From: Callorhinchus milii
Lineage: Eukaryota
NCBI RefSeq assembly: GCF_018977255.1
Contig: NW_024704751.1
Location: forward strand, 7,006,001-7,070,000
Direction of reading: 5' to 3'
Length of the DNA stretch: 64,000 bases
Positions 37,325 through 50,818 of this stretch are shown in pieces (the first letter of the stretch is position 1; each line of letters begins with the position of its first letter). A program made the position numbers and the translations under genes. The notes below the pieces were generated by a model. That model did no database searches. It was not told where the DNA came from and worked only from the letters and a program-made list of their open reading frames with translations.

Positions 37325-39825
37325 ATTAGCTCCAAGCCTGGAAACGGAGCTGTCTGTAGCATTTTGCCCCGTGGAGCATAAACTGGCTGTTGACTATCTG
37401 AATGCAGTGTCCTGCAAAGTTGGTGTATTCCAACCAAAGACATTTTAAGTGCCTGTATTTACATTGTACATATTTGTAAGAATATATCCAAACCTGATCC
37501 GACGATGCACTTGTGCCACCTATTAACCACAGCTTGTTTTTCTAAAAAAAAAGTAGTTTGCTGCTGTATCAGCCTGGACATTACTTTGTCGATCCCAGGT
37601 ACAAGTGTGAGAAGATGGAAGCAATTCCTCCCCCCCACCCCCACCTCCCCCATTCCCTTCCCCAAAGTGGAAGCTTTTCGGGTGCTCCGTTGAACTTCAT
37701 TCGCAAAGATTGTTTTTAAGTTTGTCAAATATGTACATAATTTGTCAGAAACACGTGTTCCGGTGGTGTGTGTACTGCATTTCTGACGCTTGAAACGATC
37801 CATTAAGCATCTGGAGTTTTTAAATGTGTGTGTATGTATATATGTGGCTAGGCTTATTCCATTGTCTGTCAGCGTTTGACCGCAAAGGGTCTCACACTGT
37901 CTTGTCTGGAAATTTGGGAAGTAGACAAATCTCTCTTTACTGCATTACAATATAGCTTGAGCTTGCAGGAAATGGGTACTGAAATTCTGTGTGTAACAGT
38001 GCTGCTGTCCAGAGGATAATGGCTTTGCATAGAGGAACCGTCCATTGTGAGCTGCAGTCTATGTATGGCATGTTGGGATATTGTATTGCCTTTTTCTTTC
38101 TGGTCGAGATCTGTATTTGCATGTGTACTATTGCAAAACGTTCCACAGATTGCCTTAAATTATCCACGTACTTCTCTTGGCCTTTTTTAAATTAATTAAT
38201 TAATTTGCTGTATGTGAAAAGCTTTGTAAATGACATCAGTACGAATCCTCCTCCGATGCACAGTTAATTCTGTTTGATTTGCCTTGCTTATTAATTGGAA
38301 AGGGGTGGCAATCAAGGTGGGTACCGCTAATTCTCCAAACGATTCTGTGAAGAGCTTCGCAAATGGTTGTCCTGAATTGCACGGGTGTTTTCTTTTTGAC
38401 CCAAATTCCAGCCCCCAAAAGTTTAACGTGATCTACGTAGGTTTTAAGCACACTATGAGACCCAAAATGCTAACCGGTCTTAGGCTACAAGACTATTTTG
38501 CCTTTGAAAGTTAAAAATGCTGTAGAATTATGGAAGGAAAATTTTTGATTGTCATTACAAACTCTTCGAGTGACCAGCTTGCAAGCTAAGACTGATTTTT
38601 TAAAAAAGAATTGTTCACGAGCTTAAGCGTGTAAGGCAAAAGGGTCTTTCAGGCTGAGACTAGGTGGAATTTACTGGGCCTCAGTATTGGTACCTTAATA
38701 AGTTGCAGAAAGTGGTCTCTTGTCTTTGTTTTAATATTAACCTCTGTGGCATGCTAAAGTTTTAATAGAGCTGTTAGCACCAGCCAGTGATGATTGGGGA
38801 GAAATTTTGCTCGAGGAGCTGTGAATAAATGTAGATGAAGGGTGCCTTTGATTTGCAGCTTTTTAAATTTAATTTAATTTTGCCTCTTTCCCACACTCTT
38901 CCTGCACCTTTCTCTGTTTGTTCACCCAGTTTCCGATCGAGCCTTCATCCTGCTTGTGGCACTGAACCCGCATATTGACATCGGTGTCAATCCAGTGAAA
39001 TTGGCAAAGAATGTAAACCAAGCTCAATGCTTTGGTCCTTATGTGTTTGGGTGTGTGCGCACTTTTTTAATATATATATATATATATATATATGTGCATA
39101 GGTGTACTAAAAAAACTTTTTAATATCTGCATGACCCAACTTGTCAGTCTCTTCTGAGCTTGGCTTCGTTTGACAAATGATTGTTTTATTTTAGTCCTTT
39201 TTTCTCCCCTCCTCACCCCAAAAAGAATAATAATTCAGACAAAACTTTTAAGGTCTTGTGTACTGGGGCCCGACTGACACTGGTTGGATCAAACCATTTG
39301 TTTACCCCCCACCGTTCCAATTCACTGCAGAAGCCAACCGAGCAAGCAAACAAACTGCATGCAGAATGACGCAGGAATTCAAAGCCGAGAGCTCCTCGTT
39401 ATCAGAGGTCTTGAAGTTGCGGTCTGCGGTTTGTAATGTTAAATATTCAACGTTGCTCCACGCGTGCTTTAGTGTGCAATTGCACGCCCTCCCCATTTTG
39501 TTGCCGCCTTCCGTGTAAATCCTTTTCAAGTGTTACTTTAAATGGAAGATTGAGTGGAACTGAGGCTTGGATACCCGTGTTCACGTGACTTCCAAAGAGT
39601 CGTGCTGCTGCCTTTCTGCCACTTAACTCTGTTGGCAAGGTGCCTGGGCCCTAGTTTGGATGCCCGGTGGTTTATTTAGGGAGGAAAGACTTGTATGTAC
39701 GTGAATTTGTGTTGGCTGTCTTGTTGCATGATGATAATTCTAATAGCACATTATTTTATGACAATCTCTCACAGATGGAGTTTCTGTGCTTTTTTTTGGG
39801 ATAAGATTTGCATATGCTTTTGCTG

Positions 39826-39831
39826 AATAAA
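39826..39831 (+). terminator. TMEM248: Likely TMEM248 poly(A) signal AATAAA
   Basis: AATAAA followed by GU-rich sequence, just before SINE-rich DNA resumes at ~40000. Confidence 0.5.
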
Positions 39832-41396
39832 AGGATCCAACCGTTGGCATGTCATTGCTTTCCTTAACGGGAACTTTGTTGTTGATGAATCGTGCTGAAT
39901 TGCGTGTTATTGAGTGTTTTTAATACATAAATCCAGCAATGCTTGTTTGCTTTCCCTACGCTCCCATTACCTTGGGGTTGAGTTGCAATCTGCCTGGCTC
40001 AGTCGGTCTCAGCTCTCTGGGTCAGAAGGTTGTGGGTTCAAGCCTTGTGTGTCGGGGACTTTGAGCTGAAGAGTCAATGTTGACGCTCCAATTCAGTGCT
40101 GGAGAAGGGGTGGGGGGTTGGTGAGAGAGCATTGCATTGTCGGAGATGCCATCCTTAGGATGAGCTTAAACCGAAGTCTTATCAGCCTGCTCAATTGACT
40201 GTTAGATATAACATTAGGTAGATCAGATTAAAGATCTCATAGCACTATTCGAAAAGAGATGGGGTGGGGCTTCTTCTGGTGGCCTGACTGAAGGCCAGCC
40301 GATTCTTTGAAGAAACAGTGTAATTTGCTGCCTGAGAGCTTTCCAAATGCCTTTAACCTGTTCAAACCCATCGTAACTTGCTTTCCATTCACTTGCTTAT
40401 TTCTTGATTGAAGCAACACGCTGTTACAATACCTCACAACCGGAGAAACTGCATTTTTCGGCTTTTGGGCTATGCAATGTGAACTATTCCATTCTGGTAT
40501 GGGCTGACTTCACTTTGTTACGTCTCAGTTTAATAAACGCACAATCCAATATGCGCAGGGGTGGTTTATTAAACTGCTCAATTGAATATTAGATGCAATA
40601 ATACTATGGAGATCATATTAAAGATCTCGTGGCACTATTTGAAAAGAGAAGAGGTGGGGTTTCTGCTGGCGTCCTGGCTAAAGGCCAGAAGATTCTGTCT
40701 TTAATATTCAAAGAGCTCGATGGCTAATTTTTGTCAAGTGTAATGGCTGCATTAAGAACCAAACACACTGGGCACAGCAAGAGCCTACCCACAGCCCTGA
40801 GGTAAATGACCGTTTTTTTTATCCAGAGGTTCGTCGGACAGAACGTCGAGAGAAAATCCTTTTGCGTTTGAAACGGGGGTTATTTAAAATTCCACCTGAA
40901 CAGACGCAAACCTTTATCTTGAAGCCTCAGCTGAAGGACGGCACCTCTGCCAACCCAGAGCTCCTCGCCCAGCACTGAGCTGAAATGATAGCAGAAACGA
41001 CTCTACATTCACATACCAACTTTCGAGGCAGGAAAGACATCTCCAAAGAGCTTCATGCAACAACAGCAATAATAATCCTTGCATTTGATACAACGCCTTA
41101 TCAAGACAGCAGAACAAGAACCGGTTTAGAGTTAAAGAGGGGCGATTATTTCAGGTCAGACATCTGGGGAAGTTTTTCTTTTCCGAGAGGGGAATTAACC
41201 AGTGGAACAGGGTGACCAGGAAGGAAGGGGTGGCTCACAAGCTTCTTACTAGTGTGAGCGGGAGGACAGTTTGGGTGGATGTTCTTGAGCGATGAGCTCA
41301 GGTTGACTTTCTTCATAGAGGCGCCCACCCCACCCATTTGCTGAAAAAAAAACCGAAGATTGGGTGTCACCGTCTCTGGCTGAGCTGAGCTGGAGG

Positions 41397-41410
41397 CCAG
41401 CAGAGGGCGA
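41397..41410 (+). promoter_or_regulatory. CTCF consensus motif CCAGCAGAGGGCGA
   Basis: Close match to CCASYAGRKGGCR, between TMEM248 and RPH3AL. Confidence 0.5.
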
Positions 41411-42689
41411 GTCAATGTGCAACTGGAACAGCTGAGCTTTTAAGTGTGCAATCACCTTTTTTTAAAAAAAAAGTTCGAACAACTTTTCCAAAAGAAAGGT
41501 ACAAAAAAAAAACAACCCAAGGTACCCAACAAGGGGTGGCAAATGAGTTTGAGGACGATTTTTTTTTCTCTGGTGTGTCTGTGTGTGTTTTAAATAGAAA
41601 AAGCACTCGAGGGCAAAAGGCTCATTTTGGCTCTGTGGTTTGCAATGTTCTTTATATTTTTTTTCTCTCTCTTTTCCTTGCACCTTTATTTTGCGCCGTT
41701 CGGGACTTGTCTTGGAGCTGGATGCATCTGTCTGTATTTCTGTCAGTCTGTGTGTGTTTCTTTTTTCTTTAAAATAAGTTTATTTGAACAGGTTTGCCAC
41801 TGAAAATTAACAAGCAACGAGTTTTAAAACACAACGTGCGAAGGGAATTAATTGTAACACTAGTTTATATCATACTTTTACGCGCGTAAACTTTCCATCC
41901 GCTGGGCAAACCTTTTTTGAAAAAAAACAACAAAAATGATTAAAAACAACTTAAAACGCTTGACTTTCTTTTGTTATCGGGGGTGGGTGGGGGGGGGGAG
42001 GAGTAAAGAAAACTCATTTAATTAAAATGACACACCCAGCACTTGCTGGTTACCTGGACAAGACTGTTTTTCCCTTTAAGAAATCGTTGAGGAAAAGTTT
42101 TTTTTATTTGACAATGAGAAATAGATTAAAAAGCGGTCTCTGCTCTCTCTCTCTCTCTCTCTCTTAATACACAGTCATCTGTAAGAACTGGATACGTGTC
42201 ATTTTCCTGTGTCAGTGACTCAAAGGCACTCTGGTTTTTCCTGGAAAGTTGTTGCAGGAAGAGAGACAGACGGTGAGGGAAAGTTTTGAAACTTTTTTTC
42301 CTTTGTTCCAAGATTTGCCATCGAGTAACTTTAGTCCCAGGGTACGTGTGTGTGTGTTTTGCGTGTGGCTTCCTGCTCTCTTATCAGTCTCATTGTCCCA
42401 GGTGAGGCCTGGGAAGGACTTTTCGTGAGGAGTTTCTAGTCTTAGGTTAAAGTCTTATATTTCTAGATGGACGGAAAAAACTTTTTTTTAAAAAAAATAA
42501 TTCTTAAATATATATTTTTTTTAAAAAAAGTAATCTACGTAAAAGTGGAAGCGAACCCGAGCTATTTGCTTCCTTACTGATGGCTATCCGATAACCTTGT
42601 CCTGTTAATGTTTGAAATATCTCTGGTCCCTCCAGTAAATAGGAAAAAGAGAGAGAGAGCGGCTCACGGAGTTCAGAGTGTTGTAATTC

Positions 42690-43030
42690 ATAATAATAAC
42701 CCTTTGACCATGCGCCTGTTGTTGAGACGTCTCAAAGCGCTTCACAGAATATACTGTAAAGTGAATTGATTGTATTTTGTGGCCGAAACGCGGTAGCCGA
42801 TTGCGCACAGCAGCGTCCCCACAAACAGTTGTGGATTGAGTGACCCAATTTTTTTTTTGAAGGGATTATTACCCCCAGAAAGCTCTCCGCCGATCGACTA
42901 ACACCCGGGTTTCTACTCACTGTTAGGTAAACAGAGGCGTGTGGAGCAAGGAAACTTGCTGAAGGTTTCATCCAGCCCGCGAATCAAATCGCTTGCGAGG
43001 TGAAGGCGCAAACCATTACGCTACAGGACG
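42690..43030 (-). mobile_element. tRNA-derived SINE copy
   Basis: Same body as 52660-52989, more diverged. Confidence 0.75.
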
Positions 43031-43639
43031 ATAAGCACTGAGCTGTGAACCTGTCGCTGTGTAGCCTCGAACAGAAACAGGCTGAAGGTAAATATTTATG
43101 TAGTTTGTCCTCTGTAACCCTGGCTCTTTTATTATTATTATTATATTAATAATAATCCTTGCATTTGATATCGCGCCTTTCATGTCATGAGGGCGTCTCG
43201 GTGGATATTGTCCAAGTTCTGTGTTTACACCTCTGGCTTTCGTCTTTGTAACTTGCCTTTTGTTCCCCTTTTGTGTCTGGAGTGAGTGGGTGTTCACTCC
43301 CCATCCACCCCCACAAAAAAACAAAAATATGGTTAGGAGGAGGTCTTTCAGGCCATCCAGCCTGTTCCCTCCCCGTTTATCAGCAGGCATTGTAACCCCA
43401 ATGCCATGCCCTTTCGCCATACGCCTCATTCATTACCTCTTCTGCCCGAGGCTCCGTCCGTCTCTCTTTTAAACAAACTAAATTCCATTCAAAATGACTC
43501 ACTCACGTTATGGCTGTTTGTGGGGATGTCGCTGTGCGCAAATAAACCAGATGGGACTTCGGTTTGACGTACCTGCTGAAGAGCGGCAACTCCGACCATG
43601 CAACGGGTTCCGGAACGGGGGGGGGGGGGGGGGGGGGTG

Positions 43640-43760
43640 TAATCTTCAAATTAGAGCTAGGCCATTTCAGAGTGAAATCAGGAGGCAGTTTTTCACCGAA
43701 AGGGTAGTGGAAATCTGGAACTCTCTTCCCCCCCCACCCAAAAGGCTGTTGACGCTGTGG
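43640..43760 (+). mobile_element. CR1 LINE ORF2 3' fragment
   Basis: Translates NLQIRARPFQSEIRRQFFTERVVEIWNSLP, a typical CR1 RT C-terminal motif. Confidence 0.75.
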
Positions 43761-44544
43761 ATCATCTCGCAAAGTTGACGAAGCCTGCTGTTGCCGTCAC
43801 GCAGTGTTGTTTGCTGGCTGTCCTGGCTGGCGAATGGTCCCAGGGCAACGCTACGAGACAAACTGAATCATTGAGTATTGTGTGAAACGTGCTGCTTGGG
43901 GTTTGCTCTGGAAGACCTCTCATCGCCGGGAGGCGAGCACCTGTTACACCTTGCTTTTTTTTTTAAAAAAAAATAAGGCACCTCCACCTCCTGCCGCTCC
44001 CTCCTCCCGCCACACCCCGTGCCCCAGGTTGCATTATAAAATAGCTGCTTCAATCCCTTTGTTAAATGCCCTACCCCAAGGGAGCAGCGTGTGTTCGCTC
44101 GTGCGTGGACGGTCAAATTGACCCCGTGTGTGCGTGTCTCTGTTTCTTTGCCTGCTGTGCTGGTTACCCATGTTCTCAGTAAACTAAACCGCAAGGGTGC
44201 TTGCTCGTACACGCTGACGAGCATTTTTTTTTACACACACGCAAAGGATCGTGGAAATCAGGAACTCTTCCTCCCTCCCTTCCCCCCAAACTGCTTGTGA
44301 GTGCTGGGATCCATTCAAATTTTCAAGACCGAGGCCGATGGGTTCTTCTGACGTCCGGGTATCGAGGGATATGGGGACGCAGGCGGGCACTTGGAGTCGA
44401 GGCGTCAGATCAGCCGCGATCTGATAGAGCGGCAGGACAGGCTTGAGGGGCTGAACGTTCCGGGCCCCTGGGGAGAAACTCCAGCACCCTCCAGCTCCAG
44501 TCTCGGGATCCGTGCCGGAGTTTGGCGGTGACTCTCCGTTCACT

Positions 44545-44790
44545 GCCACAACAACCTGTGGCTGTAAAGCGGGGAGCGGAGCGGAGAGCGGAGCGGCGGA
44601 GCTCGGGAGAGCCTTACCCCCGGACCCGCTAAGCCCGCGACCCTTTTTCTCGCCCCCCCCCCCGCCCGCCCGCCCCCACCACCGCCCCACCCCCACCCGG
44701 ACGAGCCCCTTCCTCCTCCGTCAGAGCGTTTCCCGAAGGACAGGACGCTCGTGGCAGGGAAGCTCTCGCGCCCTCTGCTCCGCGGTGAGC
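44545..44790 (+). promoter_or_regulatory. RPH3AL: CpG-rich putative promoter and non-coding exon 1 of RPH3AL (donor gtgagc at 44785)
   Basis: (gagcg)n CpG-rich tract ending in a donor, 7.3 kb upstream of the first coding exon. Confidence 0.5.
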
Positions 44791-45594
44791 GAGCGAGCGA
44801 GCGAGTTACGGTGGTTCTATCGCCCCTTTGTGAACGTACCCTTTACAGCATCCGCACGCGGTGCCCGTGACCGAAACGTGCCATCCACACCTGACTGACC
44901 TGTGAGTTACCCGACTGCGACGTTAACGTGCTTGGGACTGGGGTGGGTAGGGGTAAGGGTGGGGGTGGTTTTTGAGGGTATCGCTTTGTTAAATGGGCTG
45001 GGGGGTGGGGGGGGGCAAAGGGGTCACGACTTGGCTCCAAATTTCCTCCGTTGAGGAAATCAGGCATCTCACGCGACAGTATATCCAGTCGAGCGCTTTG
45101 AGACGTCTCGAAGACGTGACGAGGCTCTATTATCGAACGCAAGGATTGGTGTTATTCGTTTCAGAATTTTAGCCAATTTCTTACAATGGATAAGGAGCAA
45201 CACTACTCCTTGCACTTCGGGTAGAGTGCCTTATCGTTTCGGAAGGACGTCTCGAGGCGCTTCACGGGATTTTTTATTTTTTTTTACGGCTGCGTATTTG
45301 TCGGCAAAGTATACCCTCTTTTCCCTGAATTTTTTTTTTGTTGACCAGGCGGATGTGGGGTAGGAGGGGGAGAAAGAGAGAGGGGAGGGTGGCGGGGTGA
45401 CGGGGGGGTGGGTTGGGTGGGGGGGAAACAGGAGAAAAAAACAAAGTCAAGATGAATTCAACAATCGGCCGATTTCTTAAACTGGGAGTAATTTCTCGCC
45501 CGTTGAGCGGATGAGTGGCCGAACTGCTGAAAAATCGAACTATAGTTGTATAATCATCCTTACATTTAATAGAGCATCTTATCTTGTGCGTCAG

Positions 45595-46000
45595 CCTGGC
45601 TCAGTGGGTGCCGCTCTCGCCTCTTGAGTCAGAAGGTTGTGGGTTCAAGCCCCCATGTCGGGATTTGGTATCAATTTGTCGAAGCTGACGTTCCTGCCGT
45701 GGTCTGTGTTGCGTTGTCAGAGGTGCCGCCCTTCAGGTGAGACGTTAAGGATCTCCCGCGAAGCTATCCGAAAAGAGAAGGGAATTTCTCTCTCCCGGTG
45801 TCCTGGCCAACAGATTCCCCCCGCCCCAGTCCCCGCAAATAAATGTGCTCACTCACTTTCGTGGCTCTTCGTGGGACGCTGCTCCTCGCAAACTGGCTGG
45901 CGCCTTTCACCCACAAAAATAGTCAAGCCACTTTACGGTGTATTCCTGTGAAGCGCTTTGAGACATTTCGCTGACGTGAAACACGCGTATTATTATTACT
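45595..46000 (+). mobile_element. Deu-domain-type tRNA SINE, near full length
   Basis: A box tggctcagtgg, B box ggttcaagcc, Deu-like core, L2 tail. Confidence 0.75.
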
Positions 46001-48031
46001 GTCGTTGGCACGTCGTCGAGACGTCTCAAAAAAACGTTTACGGGATTTTAGCTGCGCATCACACCCCAGTGCTGCACTGGAGCGTCAGCCCGGACTGTTC
46101 GAGTTCAAAGTCCCTGACGCGGGGTGTGGGGGGGGGGGTGTGGGGTGGTTCAGATTCTGAGGCAAAGGCGCGAGTGACCGTGTGAGCCACGCGTGTGTTT
46201 GTGAGGGAGCCTCCAGCAGCTGGGAGGTGCTTTGTTCAATAACCACAATAACACTTGCATCTTGCTATAGCGTTTTAATCATGGAGTCGAACCACCTCGA
46301 AGCACCTGAAATGAACTCGAGTTGTTGCGGTCGTCGTTTTTATTACCTGCGGCTGATTGGGAGCAGGCGGGTTGGAACGTCCAGACCCAAGTAATAAACT
46401 CAAGACATCTGCGTGTTAGAGTTCCGGCCACTGCGCTGATCTCCGCACGAGCAGAGAGCCTGACGAAAGTGGAACAGCGGCCTCTGATAGGTAGCGTTGC
46501 CGACATTTGGCACCGAGCTGTTCGTTTTAATCAGATGTCAGCTCCTCAGCTGTTTCTGACGGGGCTCCGTGTCAAGCTTTACACGAGCGGATGTGACAGG
46601 AGCTTCGGGCTTTTCATTTCGCAATCGTGTCGCTCATTGTCACTTTGCTCCGGCGTAATGACTTGTTGTCGTGGGGTGCCACAACCGGCTCTGCGTGTAC
46701 GTGCGTGCTTCTTTTTGTCAGCCGGGCGTGTCAGCCTTGACCCGTGTGGAAACCCCGTCACCGTTGCTTAAACCAAACTGAGAATTCCATGCATTCCGCG
46801 GAAATCCCAGAGAGCGATTATCAAAAAAAAACGACGACCCTTCAATCCCGACTCCTTCCAGGCCCATCTCAAGACCCTCCTCTTCGCCCGCGCCTTATGT
46901 CGCCCTCCTACGCCTTCCCTCCCTGCCCTCCGCCCCTCCTGATCCCAACCCTCCCTAGTTCGGGTCCAAGTTCCTGACCGGCCAGGACCTTGTGACGTCC
47001 TCCCGACGTGAAAGGCCAACGTGACTTGCTGTCGTTATTGGAACGGAACGCACTTTCCCTGCCTTTCATTTGGTGATGGATGGCCTCCACTGTAGCCCCC
47101 GCCCTGGGCTCTCACGTCGCTGCGCGGACCTGCACGGCGTTGCCTTGTTAGCAGCTTCCACTCTTTGTCATAGTAACAGAGTGGATGTTTGCTCACGTTG
47201 TCAAGGAGCTGTGGTGAGCAGCAGATCTGTGTTTTTTTTACGGAGCAGCAGAGCTCGGTTCAATCGCGGGGCAGCTGTATAAGTGCAGGACTGAGCAGCG
47301 CAGTGTCTGCTCTCATCTGGCCTCTGGTTTGATTCAATTACAAAAATGCATCTGGTACTACTCCCTTCAATAATAATAATAATAATAATAATAATTTGGT
47401 CACTTCAACCCGCGCCTGTCTGTGGGGACGCTGCTGCGCGCAATTGGCTGCCGCGTTTCACCCACAAAATATTCAGTCGATTCGCATCCGTGAAGCGCTT
47501 TGAGACGTCTCGAAGACGTGATAAGGTGCTGTATCAAATGCAAGGATTATTATTATTGTTGCTGGAAGTTGTTGGAATAGATGTTAAACCTCACTCCCTG
47601 TCTGTACCCTGTCCAGGGTCTCAGTGATGGATTGCTGAGGTGGCGGTGGATCTGTTCAGGATTTGCACTGATGCAGACCCACTTTTGTGACCGCAGATTA
47701 ATTGCTCTGTGATTTGGCTGCTGATGGCTATTGACAAACCCGTGTGGTTCTGAGCCCATTGACGTGGAAGAAGGTCTTTGCAGTGTCTGCAGGAGTTCTC
47801 TCCCAGCGAAGTTGCGATTGAATTCAAGAGCAAATCGACTGGAAGCTTTACCGCTGTGTTCCCCTTTGTTGCTTTCAAGGATACACTGAACGCTTTATAG
47901 TTCGCCCACTTTACAGTGTATTCCGTGAAGCGCTTTGAGATGTGAGATGAGACCTTCTGATGTGAAAAGCGCTACACAAACGTAACTCGCTGTTGTCCTA
48001 ACGCGTGACGTCAAATGCAAGGATTACTATT

Positions 48032-48158
48032 GAGTTCTGACGAACGGTCGTGGACCCAAAACATTGACTCACTCTCCTCTCTCCGTGGATGCTGCCTGAC
48101 CTGCCGAGCGTTCCCAGCGACTTCTGTTTTTGTTTCGGATTTCCGGTATTCTGCGTTT
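48032..48158 (+). mobile_element. Penelope-like element terminal-repeat fragment with decayed hammerhead motif
   Basis: ctgacgaacggtcgtggacccaaaacattgactc...gatgctgcctgacctgccgagcgttcccagc resembles, from memory, chondrichthyan PLE terminal repeats. Confidence 0.55.
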
Positions 48159-49411
48159 TGCAAGGATTATTATTATTATTTAGCTTCTGTACTGAGTTTT
48201 TTTTAAAAAAAATAATAATCCCTTGCATTGGGGTGTTCCTCCCAGCAATGCACGTTCGCTTCACCGTATAGCGAAATCCACGGAAGCATTTTGCGGACGT
48301 TCTTCCCGATTTGAAAGGCGTCGTGTCAAACGTAAATGTGAGGAATTGTTGCGGTTGTAGTTGCGTTCGATACGCCGGTTTTTCACGTGGGGAAACCTAT
48401 CCAAATTTTCACCCTGCCCGGGAATCTTGCCCAACGTTTCCCCTGCCCGGGAATCGAACCCGGTCTCTCGCTTGCGAGGCGAGCGCTCCACACCAGTGAG
48501 TTACAGGACTCCGCCGAGACTCTTTCTTTCTGTGTTTTTTGTTGGGACGTTCTTGCACGTGAGGCGTGCGCGACGAGCGATGGTTCGCGCGGGCTGTGGC
48601 AGAGACCCGGCGTAGGGTGGGGGGGGGGCGGTGGTCGTGTGTGGCTGACCTCCCGTCCAGGTCCGGGTGAGCGGCGAGGAAGGAGACAGTGTTCCTTCTG
48701 ATAATTCCCATTACAAGGGCACTGAGCCAGCGACGCACTGTGTAGCGTCAGGATGTGAGCAACAGGATGTTATCCCAGCCTTGGTACTGCCGGTGGAGGT
48801 GGGGGGGAGAGAGAGAGAGAGAAAGCCTGGATTAGGATTAAACAGAGCCTGGGGTAGGGGTGGAGAGGGGAATGGTTATCAGTGCCCATCATAAAACACC
48901 CCACGGATTGATGTGTGTGTGTGTGTGTGTGTGTTGTGTCCATGCCTCCGCCGCTCCCCCAGCATCACGTCTGCACCATCGAAAGATGACTCCAGCACAC
49001 GGGGAAATGCCATTAAGTGTGTGAGTGAGTGAGTGAGTGGGTGAGTGGGCGGGTGAGTGGGCCTGGGGATGGGAGGGAAGGAAGGGCCGTGGCAAGTGAA
49101 ACTAACTCCACGGCCACTGGCGAGCGGAGGCAAAACGCGGGTCTAATTGGATTTCGATCCCCTGCCAGGCCACGTCGATGTTAAATGCATCCGAGCGGAT
49201 GAGTTAACACGATCAGTTAATGAATGCGGAGGCTTTACGTTGCAGGTTATAGTGGCCTTCGCTCAGCGCTTTGACAGCGAAGGATGGCGTCTCTGACAAT
49301 GCAGCGTGGCCCCTATCTCTGCCCCCACCTCCCATCGCACGCGTGCCCCCCCCCCCCCCACCATGAGCTCAAAGTCCTTGACGTGAAGGGGGACACAAAC
49401 CCATAACCCTG

Positions 49412-49765
49412 TGGAGTCCTGTAGAGTAGTGTTTAGTTCGCTCACCTCGCAAGTGAGAGAATCGGGCTTTGATTCCTGGGCAGGACGAAACCTTGGGCAA
49501 GTTTTGTTGCTCTGTTTGCCTAGCAGGAAGTTGGAATCCGGTTGTTAATCGATCAGCCGATTGCTTTGCGGGAGCAATAACCCCTCAAAATACAATGGGT
49601 CACTCAATCCACAGCTGTTCGTGGGGCACAGCCTGTGCGCACTTGGCTGCCGTGTTTCGCACATGAAATACGCAGTCAATTCGCTTTTTACAATATATTC
49701 CGTGAAGCACTTTGAGATGTTTCAATGCTGTGATAAGGCCCTGTACCAAATGCAAGGATTATTAT
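49412..49765 (+). mobile_element. tRNA-derived SINE, full length, diverged
   Basis: Starts ggagtcctgtag; aaaccttgggcaagttt; ends caaatgcaaggattatt. Confidence 0.75.
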
Positions 49766-50216
49766 CTCGCACTCTTCAAGGCAGGACAGTGTCTCGGGAG
49801 CTGCTACAAGCAATCTGCCTCTGATTATCGACAGGACCGGGGGTGGTGGCGGAGATGCAAAACACAGCTTTGGAGACTGAACCTCTCTCTCTCTCTCTGT
49901 CTCTTCTTTCTCTCTCATTGACTTCAGTCGCCAGGAAATAAAAACACCCTCTGTCATCCGTGCAAATAGTAAAGGTCAGCCAGGGACGGCTGCACGACTA
50001 ACACACAGAATGCTGTCCTGACTCACCAAAAGAACAATATCTCCAAGCCACAAATATCAAAACCCTTGAGACCTGAAACGTTCTGTGAGTCACACCGCCT
50101 TCTAAACCACACAGTCGCTTCGCTCGACAGCGATTGCCTGCAAAGCTCTTCGAGATGGTTTGACGTTTGATTGATTAGGGTGACATGTCGAAATGCAGTG
50201 TTTTTGCTCTGTTGGA

Positions 50217-50818
50217 TTCACTAGAAAGGAAAAGGTTGAGAGGTGATAAAATAATAATAATAATCAAGACGTTTCAAAGCGCTTTGCAGAATATACCGTA
50301 AAGTGAATTGACGGTATGTTTTGTGGGCGAAATTCGGCAGCCAATTGCGCACAGCGGTGTCCCACAAACATTCGTGGATTAAGTGACTAAATTATTATTA
50401 TTATTTCTTTTGACGGGTACGATTGCGGTTTTTATGTTTCTAAAGGGACGATTTTATGTCGATCACGACGAGCTGTTTCAAGTTGTCCAGAACAGTAGAA
50501 CCGGAGGACACAACCCACGATTGAAGAGGCATACGTTCAAAACAAATCTGCGGAAACACTACTTCACTTGATCCAGTAGTAATAACAATAATAGTCCTTG
50601 CATTTGATATGGTAAAATTATGGAACAGGCTCCCTGGGGAGACAGTGGAAGCAGAAAGAAACGTGTTGTTTGTTTCAAGAGCGAATTAGATAGATTTCCG
50701 CGAGGCAATATTATCTGGGGATACAGTATATAGTTTGGGACACATGTCAAGCGACTGACAGGTTTATGGAAGGCGAACTGGGTGGACCTTGGTCTACTTT
50801 CGCCAGCAAATCCTTATG
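50217..50818 (+). mobile_element. CR1 LINE 3' fragment interrupted by SINE insertions (~50250-50430 and ~50580-50610)
   Basis: SLERKRLRGD...FLKG...RTGGHNPRLKRHTFKTNLRKHYFT...WNRLPGETVEA...FKSELDRF. Confidence 0.75.

Noticed and set aside
38974-38991. Hairpin attgacatcggtgtcaat in the TMEM248 3' UTR
   Set aside because: Too short for a pre-miRNA and matches no known element; compatible with chance.
40000-44500. Expected SBDS or another gene after TMEM248
   Set aside because: No matching peptide in the ORF track or on manual reading; mostly SINE/CR1 remnants and A/T runs.
44184-44696. 170-aa minus-strand ORF next to the RPH3AL CpG-rich region
   Set aside because: No recognisable homology or splice structure; expected by chance in GC-rich DNA.
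49262-49280. REST/RE1-like tcagcgctttgacagcg
   Set aside because: Wrong half-site spacing and several core mismatches.
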